Source: Mycobacterium sp. 1274761.0 (GTDB lineage Bacteria > Actinomycetota > Actinomycetes > Mycobacteriales > Mycobacteriaceae). From it: a stretch of 24,000 nt of DNA. Position numbers and translations under genes: made by a program. Location: positions 99,815 through 123,814 of the forward strand of contig NZ_LZMC01000102.1 in the NCBI RefSeq assembly GCF_001668615.1, written 5' to 3'. Below, in pieces: positions 15,690 through 24,000 of the stretch. How positions within the stretch are numbered: position 1 is the stretch's first letter; every line of letters starts with the position of its first letter. Under the pieces are notes generated by a model. The model saw only the letters and a program-made list of their open reading frames with translations, was not told where the DNA came from and made no database searches.

Positions 15690-16465
15690 GTGGTTGGCCA
15701 TATACCCTCGTGGCTGCTGTTGAGCGGCGTCATTGTCGTCGTCACCGAACTGTCATTCTCGTCCAGATATTTGTGCGTCGCAGGTTCCTCGGGCTTCGGG
15801 GTGAAGAGCACAACGACGTGATCCGCTTCGCTTTTGGCGTCATCGGATTCGTATTCGCGTTCTTCATAGGCTTTGTCGTCTCCGCGATGTGGGGCCAGAT
15901 CAACGACGCAGATGGAAGAGCACGAATTGAAGGGGCTTCCGGGGTTCAACTGGCCAGCCACCTCGACGTGTTCGATAACCCGACAGCGACCGGTTACGAG
16001 GCGCACTGTTGGAGTATGAGAAAGCCGCTTTGACCGAATGGGACGAAGCGGCAAGAGGGCGCACCTACCCGCCAGCCGATCAAGCGCTGCACGGCCTGCG
16101 CTCCGCCTACGAACGGGTTCAGGCACGTACCGATGTGCAAAAGACTATGCTCGCGAACTCGTTCACCGATCTCGACAACCTCAGCCAGGCCCGCACCCAG
16201 CGCGTCCTCCAAGCGCGAACCGATGTTGGGCCGCCGTGGTCGCTATGGGCGGTCATCTTCCTCACCGGTGGCCTGCTCCCTGGCCTGCGCGGTCATCTAT
16301 GGGGTCGAGAAGCGTGCAACCCATTTCACAATGGTTGCCATCTTGGGTGTGCTTGTCGGCACAATCCTTTTTCTTGTCATGATGCTGTCGCACCCATTCA
16401 TCGGCGAAATCGCCACGTCCCCGGAGCCGCTGCGCGAGGTCACGCGCGTGCTGTCGACGAACTAG
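15690..16465 (+). pseudogene. DUF4239 (bestrophin-like) membrane protein gene with at least three frameshifts
   Basis: Family-like segments lie in successive frames: IPSWLLLSGVIVVVTELS, then ILVQIFVRRRF..HNDVIRFAFGVIGFVFAFFIGFVVSAMW..., then (shift at about 15977-15981) DRLRGALLEYEKAALTEWDE...PPWSLWAVIFLTG, then (shift at about 16266-16275) ACSLACAVIYGVEKRATHFTMVAILGVLVGTILFLVMMLSHPFIGEIATSPEPL..*. Confidence 0.7.
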
Positions 16466-16531
16466 TCCTAACGCGGCGACGCAGATGGTTCTTCAACTCG
16501 CTGCTCGAGCATTTTCCGTTGCAGCAGCTGG

Positions 16532-18313
<1,782 letters not shown>

Positions 18314-18597
18314 CTATGATGCCCCGCACCGCATTTACATTCGAGTACCCCTTTCGGCGTGTCGCCCTACCCGGACCGGCCAGCGACACTGAGCTTTTCG
18401 AATTGAACGCGCGGGATCGTGGTGCGCTGCAGTGGCATCACGCGTTGAACTGCGGAAACGTCATCTATCAGTCCGCAAAACGACGGGAAAGTATGCAAAA
18501 TCAGCGCAGCCATATGCGAACAGCGTTGACGGCGGCAACGAGCCGGCACGTTGTTTTGGTCGAGCGCGGTCAGGGCCTTTGGCCCGGTCGAGCGCGG

Positions 18598-19038
18598 TCA
18601 GAGGGTTCGGTTGTCAGACGGGAGGGTGGACTGATCGTCGGGTGTATAGGTGAAATAGCCAGGCCCCAGCCAATTCTTGACTGTCGGATACATCGCTGCG
18701 CGGAAGACTTCGACTGCTGGCAGCGGCCGATATGCTGCGATCCGCTTCCTGATCAGTCCGTGATCGTCGTCCTCGATCAGTTCCAAGATCTCGAGATCGC
18801 GGCCGCCAATCTGACCCTGCCACTGCAAGAATGTGGTGCGCTGGTCGAGTTTGTCTTCACGCACATAGTGGCCGGAACGAACGTGTGACGACAGTGCCCA
18901 AATGCGGCCGACGAGTTCGCGGCCGGCCACCACCTTTACCAAGATCGGAGTGTGGAACTCAATATCGTCGGACAGGAGGGCCGAAACTTCCTCCGGGGTG
19001 TTGTTCCCCCGCTCTCGGAGTGCACGCAATGGATGCAT
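18598..19038 (-). CDS. NTF2-fold (SnoaL-like) family protein
   Basis: 146 aa from ATG 19038 (AAGGA 8 nt upstream; the ORF-track TTG at 19053 is an alternative). The pattern ...DDIEFHTPILVKVVAGRELVGRIW...FLQWQGQIGGRDLEILELIEDDDHGLIRKRIAAYRPLPAVEVF fits SnoaL/NTF2-like proteins. Confidence 0.6.
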   Translation of the reverse strand: MHPLRALRERGNNTPEEVSALLSDDIEFHTPILVKVVAGRELVGRIWALSSHVRSGHYVREDKLDQRTTFLQWQGQIGGRDLEILELIEDDDHGLIRKRIAAYRPLPAVEVFRAAMYPTVKNWLGPGYFTYTPDDQSTLPSDNRTL

Positions 19039-19115
19039 CACCAGATCCTTCAATTGGATGAGCTATGACCGAACTTGGGTCTGCCGCGGCGATCCCGTTG
19101 GCTGTGGCCGCTATT

Positions 19116-19640
19116 TCAAGGGATAGACACCTGCGCCAGAGCCGGAGGGACGTCGACGCCCATCGCGGCCAACACCCCAGCGACTTTGTGGTCCAGTTCT
19201 CTTCCGACCGCCGCAACGTCCGCCCTGTCGCCCAGACTGCCGAACAGCATGCTGGGCTGGTCGATGACCAATACAGCCTCGCCGGCGTCGTCGGCGTAGA
19301 TGAGCAGCCGTAGGGGTGCATACAGCATCGTCGCGGGCTCATGGCGATACATTCGCTCGGCGATCGTGTGATTGCCCACGAGATACTCGATACCTGGCCG
19401 GTCGGTTCCCGAGGTGCGCATGTACGGCAGCGCATCGATTGACCCGAAACGCATCAGCCCCAATGGCGCAATGGCGTGGACAAGCGCAACATTCTCCTCC
19501 CAGCTGTTCAAGGACTGGAACCGTTGCGCCTCGATCGGCGGTACAAGGCGTTCAAAGTCCGCGGTGGCGTCGTCGTACGCTCGACCAAGCGGCAGCTGCC
19601 ATCGCCGTATCACGTGCTCAGTGAAATTTCCGTGGGCCAT
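19116..19640 (-). CDS. DUF302 domain-containing protein
   Basis: 174 aa from ATG 19640 (GGAAGGAG upstream). ...IEYLVGNHTIAERMYRHEPATMLYAPLRLLIYADDAGEAVLVIDQPSMLFGSLG...LDHKVAGVL matches the DUF302 pattern as I remember it. Confidence 0.6.
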   Translation of the reverse strand: MAHGNFTEHVIRRWQLPLGRAYDDATADFERLVPPIEAQRFQSLNSWEENVALVHAIAPLGLMRFGSIDALPYMRTSGTDRPGIEYLVGNHTIAERMYRHEPATMLYAPLRLLIYADDAGEAVLVIDQPSMLFGSLGDRADVAAVGRELDHKVAGVLAAMGVDVPPALAQVSIP

Positions 19641-19831
19641 TTGCGTGCGCTCCTTCCAGGCGACGAGCCATACGTGTGGCGACGATGGATGATCCACCAC
19701 AGATCGAGCCGCATGTCGGAAGGCTCAGGCGCGGGACGGACCCTGAGTGTGGCTCGCATTTATTGCATCCACCGGGCGTCCGTCGACGGTCGAAATGCCG
19801 TGGGCGTGCGGGTCTATCAGCTTCACCGTAT

Positions 19832-19850
19832 AAGTTCAATCAATGAACTT
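19832..19850. promoter_or_regulatory. perfect 7-bp inverted repeat AAGTTCA-N5-TGAACTT in an AT-rich intergenic patch (candidate operator)
   Basis: Read directly at 19832-19850. It overlaps a direct repeat of TTCAATCA (19835-19842 and 19849-19856). It lies about 190 nt upstream of the DUF302 start and about 90 nt downstream of the HxlR stop. Confidence 0.3.
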
Positions 19851-19940
19851 CAATCAGAATTCCCGACGCTTTAGTGGTGTCGGCACCCCGGACCGCGAGT
19901 CCGTGGCGGCGATGGCGGTCGCGAAGCGCTCAATGGCGTA

Positions 19941-20468
19941 TCACGCGGCGTCAGCGAACGGTTCCAGCATCCGGTGTGGACGTGTCAGCTGCCTGCTTAT
20001 CCGATCGCCGCGGTTTGACCCCGCAGACTTGGAAGCACGCGGATGCACCTCGAGGTCGCGCGGCGCCGGCACTGTGCCGCAGCGTCCGCAGTTCCCCAGA
20101 GGCGTGAGTTGACCGCCACATCCGTAGTGGACTATCGGCCGACGTAACTTGTCGGTCACGTAAAACTCGTTGCCCCAGTTCATCATTGACCATACGACCG
20201 GCCATAGCTGCTCCCCTTTGGGGGTCAACCAATACTCATCTCGGCCGCTCGCGCCGATCGACGTCGTCAATATCTCGTGCTCCACGAGTAATCTCAAGCG
20301 TTCGGTCAAGACAGCGGGGGGAATCTCGAGGTGAGCGCGGAAGTCGGTAAATCGTACGACCCCGTAGAACGCGTCACGGATGATCAGAAGTGACCACCGC
20401 TCGCCGACTACTTCGAGCGTGCGGGCAACGGGACATAGCTCTTTCTCGTACTCGCGCTTCAGGGCCAT
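19941..20468 (-). CDS. HxlR-family winged-helix transcriptional regulator with C-terminal Cys-rich extension
   Basis: CPVARTLEVVGERWSLLIIRDAFYGVVRFTDF...L..RLRLLVEHEIL is the HxlR signature. The ~60-aa C-terminal extension contains HYGCGGQLTPLGNCGRCG. Confidence 0.85.
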   Translation of the reverse strand: MALKREYEKELCPVARTLEVVGERWSLLIIRDAFYGVVRFTDFRAHLEIPPAVLTERLRLLVEHEILTTSIGASGRDEYWLTPKGEQLWPVVWSMMNWGNEFYVTDKLRRPIVHYGCGGQLTPLGNCGRCGTVPAPRDLEVHPRASKSAGSNRGDRISRQLTRPHRMLEPFADAA

Positions 20469-20669
20469 GGTACGAGTCTACGTGACCTGTGATTCATTCA
20501 CCGAATTACTGCCGCACGATTCCGACGGCCGTTCAGCCAAGGTCCTCGAGGGCGTGTAGGCCGGCGAGAGACAGCGGTGTTGCAGCTCGGCATAGGCGAC
20601 AACGCTGCCAAGACGAAGAAAGGGCGTGGGCGAGTCGCCGAAACGGAGGACCTGCCGTCGTGCGCGGCA

Positions 20670-20675
20670 TAGAAT
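20670..20675 (+). promoter_or_regulatory. candidate -10 hexamer TAGAAT upstream of the coxMSL-like operon
   Basis: TAGAAT at 20670-20675, about 30 nt upstream of the GTG 20701 / ATG 20707 start and just upstream of a GGAGGG Shine-Dalgarno (20687-20692). No convincing -35. Confidence 0.2.
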
Positions 20676-20706
20676 CCAGGTCGGTCGGAGGGAACTCCCA
20701 GTGAAG

Positions 20707-21585
20707 ATGTCGCCATTCGACTACCACCGACCGGACACGGTCGACGAGGTAGTCGCACTGCTCGAAACGTACGGCGAGGATGGCAAGGTGCTCGCCGGCG
20801 GGCAGAGCCTTCTTCCGATACTCGCCCTCCGGCTGACCTATTTCGAGCAACTCATCGATATCGGCGCAGTGCACGGCTTGCCGTCGATCGAGGTCGATGA
20901 CGACGGCACGGTCTCGGTCGGAGCGACCGTGACCCACGCACAGGTCGAGAGGTCCGATGTCATGGCCGCCGCCGCGCCCGCGGTAGTTGGCGCCATGCCG
21001 CACATCGGTCATCGGGCGATCCGGAGTCGGGGGACGGTGTGCGGGAGTCTGGCCCATGCCGATCCGGCGGCAGAATTGCCGGCGGTTGCCCTGGCGGTCG
21101 GCGCGGAGATGATCGTGCAGGGGCCGGCAGGACAGCGGACTATCAGTGCCAGTGACTTCTTCCTGGGCTATCTGACAACCGCGCTCGCGGAGGACGAGTT
21201 GCTGGTCGGGGTGCGCTTGCCCGCCTGGAGCTCACGCGCGGGATGGTCGGTGCTGGAGGTGAGCAGGCGCCACGGAGACTTCGCGTTGGTCGGGCTGGTG
21301 ACGACGCTCGAGATTGACGACGCCGGACTGTTGCGGCGACCGGCGTTGTCCTTCTTCGGTGTATTCAGCACGCCGGTGCGTGTCGCCGAGGCCGAGCAGT
21401 TGCTCGACGGAAAGGCTCCCGATCCCGCGCTCTTCACAGAGGCAGCGAAGGTCGCGACGGGTGCGTTGGATCCGCCTACCGATGACCACGCATCCTCGGA
21501 GTACAGGGCGCATGTCGCTGGGGTGCTCACTCGCCGCGGGCTTGGCGAGGCCGCGGCGAGGGCCATGGCGCGAGCGGGCGGCTGA
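20707..21585 (+). CDS. FAD-binding medium subunit (CoxM/CutM-like) of a xanthine dehydrogenase/CO dehydrogenase-family molybdoenzyme
   Basis: [19 protein letters not shown]...[16 protein letters not shown]...[26 protein letters not shown]...[19 protein letters not shown] are typical FAD_binding_5 / CO_deh_flav_C motifs. GTG 20701 is an alternative start with better SD spacing. Confidence 0.9.
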   Translation: MSPFDYHRPDTVDEVVALLETYGEDGKVLAGGQSLLPILALRLTYFEQLIDIGAVHGLPSIEVDDDGTVSVGATVTHAQVERSDVMAAAAPAVVGAMPHIGHRAIRSRGTVCGSLAHADPAAELPAVALAVGAEMIVQGPAGQRTISASDFFLGYLTTALAEDELLVGVRLPAWSSRAGWSVLEVSRRHGDFALVGLVTTLEIDDAGLLRRPALSFFGVFSTPVRVAEAEQLLDGKAPDPALFTEAAKVATGALDPPTDDHASSEYRAHVAGVLTRRGLGEAAARAMARAGG

Positions 21586-22076
21586 TGCCGGAGATCACGC
21601 TACGGGTCAACGGCCGGGACGAGCGCGCGGAGGTCGAAGCTCGCACGACGCTAGCCGAATTGCTTCGCGACCACCTCGGCCTGACCGGCACACACCTCGG
21701 TTGCGAGCACGGTGTGTGTGGCGCGTGCACAGTGGCGGTCGACGGTCACCCTGTCCGTTCCTGCCTGATGCTGGCGATGCAGGCGGAGGGAACGACCGTC
21801 GAGACCGTCGAGTCCCTCGGTGACGAAGATGGCCTGGGGCTCATCCAGCAGGCGATGTGGGAGCACCACGCATTCCAATGTGCTTTCTGCGCACCGGGAT
21901 TCCTCATGACGGTGCGTTGCCTGCTCGCCGACAACCCGACGCCGACGCAGGCGCAGATCAAAGAAGAGCTCTCGGGAAATCTGTGCCGTTGCACGGGATA
22001 CGCATCGATCATCGAGGGTGTCGTCGAAGCCGTGGCCAAGTCGGCCGCCACCGCGGGAGGGGTGGACGATGCGTGA
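21585..22076 (+). CDS. (2Fe-2S)-binding small subunit (CoxS/CutS-like)
   Basis: Two cluster motifs: [12 protein letters not shown]...C and CAFCAPGF...CRCTGY. The ATG shares a base with the upstream stop (TGATG at 21583-21587). Confidence 0.9.
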   Translation: MPEITLRVNGRDERAEVEARTTLAELLRDHLGLTGTHLGCEHGVCGACTVAVDGHPVRSCLMLAMQAEGTTVETVESLGDEDGLGLIQQAMWEHHAFQCAFCAPGFLMTVRCLLADNPTPTQAQIKEELSGNLCRCTGYASIIEGVVEAVAKSAATAGGVDDA

Positions 22077-24000
22077 ACAGATCATGGGGCGATTTGTGGG
22101 AGCCCGCGTTCGCAGGGTCGAGGACCGCCGATTGCTGAGCGGCCGCGGTCAGTACGTCGACGATGTCGTCGTACCAGACATGGCGCATGCGGCGTTCGTC
22201 CGAAGCCCATTGCCCCACGCCCTGATCCGAGGTATCGACACCACGCGCGCCGCCGCAATCCCAGGGGTACACGCGATTTTCACCGGCACTGACATCGCCG
22301 CGATCACCAACCCTCTCATCGGGATGCTCACCTTGCCGGGCCTCTACGACCCGTGGCACTGGGCGCTGGCCGTCGACCGTGTTCGTCTGGTCGGCGATCC
22401 GGTCGCCATCGTCGTCGCGACGTCGCGCGCGGTCGCTGAAGATGCGGCTGAGATGGTCGACGTCAGCTATGAGGAACTGGTACCCATTGCGACCTTGGCG
22501 CACGCTCACGATCCCAGCCGGCCGTCGATCTGGCCGAAGGCCAACGGCAACGTCGTCTACGCGGCATCGGAGTCGTTCGGCGACGTCGATGCTGCGTTCG
22601 CCGGGGCGGACCGCGTGATCAGCGAGACCTTCCGCCAGCATCGGCACGCCAACCAACCGATGGAAACCAGGGGCATGGTGGCCGAGATCGACGCCAGCGG
22701 CAACCTCACCTTGCACGCGGCCCATCAGGCCGCGCACGTCCTCAAGTGGGTCATGGCCATGTGCCTCGCGCGTCGGCCAGTGTGGATGTCGGTGCGCGAC
22801 ATGTTCCGCCAGCGCGAACAGACGAAGGCGATCTTCGCCGGGGTCCGCGATTTTATTCGCGCCCACCCGACGATGTTGCAGGACACGCGGCCGCTGATGC
22901 CGATCATGCTGCGTCAGATGGCCAGGGATCCGATGCGGATGGTCCACCTCAATCGGGCACTCGTCGGACTGATGGCGACGCCCAAGGAACGCCTCCCACG
23001 AGTCGTGACAGGCGATATCGGTGGTGCGTTCGGGTCGAAGATGACGGTGCTGCGCGAGGACGTCGCGCTGTGTGCCGCCGCGCTGCGTCTCGGCCGATCG
23101 ATCAAGTGGATTGAGGACCGTAACGAACACCTCGTGCTCGGCGCCCAGGCCCGCGACGAACAGGTCGCCGTCGAGGCTGCGGTGATGAACGACGGGAAGG
23201 TGCGGGGCCTGCGCGTCAAACTCACGATGGATTGCGGCGCTTATCCGGCACTCCCGTACGGGGCGCCTATGTTGTGCCGCTTCATCCAGACGATGTTTCC
23301 CGGTCCGTATCGGTTCGACGCCATGCAGTTCGACGCCGAGCTCGTGTCGTCCAACAAAGCGACATACAACGCCTACCGGGGTCCCTGGGCGGTCGAGACC
23401 TGGGTCCGCGAACGGCTTTTCGATGTCATAGCCCGCGAGCTGGGGATCAGCCGCGCCGAAATCCGGCTGCGCAACATCGTCGGTCCCGACATGCTCCCGA
23501 CGACGATGCTCACCGGTCCGACCCTCGATGTGCGCATGTCGGCCAAGACCACGCTCGAGAGGGCTCTCGATATTGCAGACTTCAAGCATTGGGCAGAGCA
23601 CCAGGCGGCGGCCCGGGAGCAGGGTCGCCGCCTCGGCCTGGGGATCGCGACCTACATCGAAGCGGCTCCGGGGCCGCCGGGGTTCACGGAGGCCGTCATG
23701 CCCGGACTCTCCGCGTTCGCCGGCTCGGAGCCGATCCACGCGGTCCTTGGAGCCGACGGAAGCGTCACGCTCCACACCCGGCAGGTGCCCCATGGCCAAG
23801 GCCACGAGACGACGCTCGCACAGGTGGCCGCCGACAAGCTCGGCGTGCCCGTCGAGGCCATCCGAGTCAGGTACGGCGACACGAACTTCGCGCCGTTCGG
23901 GATCACGGGCACCGGCGGAAGCCTGTCGGCGGCGATGGCGGGCGGAGCGGTCGGGGAGGCTGCGCATATATTGCGCGGGCACATTGTCGACATTGCCGCG
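22069..24000 (+). CDS. molybdopterin-binding large subunit (CoxL/XdhB-like), 3'-partial at the window edge
   Basis: ATG 22069 (GGGAGGGG 6 nt upstream; 8-nt overlap with the small-subunit gene), open to the window end (644 codons). VGARVRRVEDRRLLSGRGQYVDD, HAAFVRSP.PHA.I..ID, NQPMETRG, GDIGGAFGSK, HGQGHETTLAQVAADKLGVP are family hallmarks. Not in the ORF track because no stop lies in the window. Confidence 0.9.
   Translation, partial: MREQIMGRFVGARVRRVEDRRLLSGRGQYVDDVVVPDMAHAAFVRSPLPHALIRGIDTTRAAAIPGVHAIFTGTDIAAITNPLIGMLTLPGLYDPWHWALAVDRVRLVGDPVAIVVATSRAVAEDAAEMVDVSYEELVPIATLAHAHDPSRPSIWPKANGNVVYAASESFGDVDAAFAGADRVISETFRQHRHANQPMETRGMVAEIDASGNLTLHAAHQAAHVLKWVMAMCLARRPVWMSVRDMFRQREQTKAIFAGVRDFIRAHPTMLQDTRPLMPIMLRQMARDPMRMVHLNRALVGLMATPKERLPRVVTGDIGGAFGSKMTVLREDVALCAAALRLGRSIKWIEDRNEHLVLGAQARDEQVAVEAAVMNDGKVRGLRVKLTMDCGAYPALPYGAPMLCRFIQTMFPGPYRFDAMQFDAELVSSNKATYNAYRGPWAVETWVRERLFDVIARELGISRAEIRLRNIVGPDMLPTTMLTGPTLDVRMSAKTTLERALDIADFKHWAEHQAAAREQGRRLGLGIATYIEAAPGPPGFTEAVMPGLSAFAGSEPIHAVLGADGSVTLHTRQVPHGQGHETTLAQVAADKLGVPVEAIRVRYGDTNFAPFGITGTGGSLSAAMAGGAVGEAAHILRGHIVDIAA

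Noticed and set aside
15566-16126. 186-aa minus-strand ORF
   Set aside because: It lies opposite the DUF4239 pseudogene, whose pieces carry clear family motifs on the plus strand. It has no motifs of its own.
18403-18449. Imperfect inverted repeat TTGAACGCG ... CGCGTTGAA upstream of the transposase remnant, considered as an IS terminal repeat
   Set aside because: There is only one copy, one mismatch, and no matching partner at the other side of the remnant. It cannot be tied to the IS.
18558-18601. 16-nt direct repeat GGTCGAGCGCGGTCAG (two copies 12 nt apart, the second containing the NTF2-like gene stop) flanking a GGGCC-TTT-GGCCC mini-hairpin
   Set aside because: The repeat is real but short. 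The stem is only 5 bp with a 3-nt loop and no U-tract. It is most simply a local slippage duplication at a gene end.
18316-18888. 190-aa plus-strand ORF
   Set aside because: Its 3' two-thirds are antisense to the NTF2-like gene, and its 5' third has only about 60% GC3 with no family resemblance.
22009-23982. 657-aa minus-strand ORF
   Set aside because: It is Arg/Pro/Gly/His-rich with no recognisable motifs, and lies exactly antisense to the well-supported CoxL-like gene. It is a typical high-GC shadow ORF.

Overview
This is a high-GC (about 66%) actinobacterial chromosome segment that looks Mycobacterium-like throughout: PonA2, RpfB, Tgs-type acyltransferase, cutinase and a SigF-type sigma factor. 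No rRNA, tRNA or CRISPR array was seen. Left part (1-2.6 kb): the frame-broken 3' end of an LLM-class oxidoreductase, a YwaF-family membrane protein and a WS/DGAT acyltransferase. Centre (2.7-13.0 kb): two convergent arms. The + arm runs SigF-like sigma, small 2-TM ORF, PAS-ANTAR regulator, PonA2 class A PBP. The - arm runs GAF-GAF-PP2C-RsbW-like fusion protein, translationally coupled STAS antagonist, DHA2 MFS transporter, small ANTAR protein, YkuD-like L,D-transpeptidase. So each arm ends in a peptidoglycan cross-linking enzyme preceded by an ANTAR protein, and a full partner-switching parts list is present but dispersed. Right-centre (13.3-20.5 kb): an SDR, a cutinase, then a decay zone. 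The decay zone holds a WS/DGAT 3' relic, a truncated and frameshifted arsC, a DUF4239 gene with at least 3 frameshifts, and an IS1182-type transposase remnant fused in frame to an rpfB-like gene. It is followed by NTF2-like, DUF302 and HxlR genes. Right end (20.7-24.0 kb): a CoxM/CoxS/CoxL-like molybdoenzyme operon whose large subunit runs off the window and carries an apparent ~70-aa insertion. All family assignments come from reading the translated motifs by eye. No database search was run.
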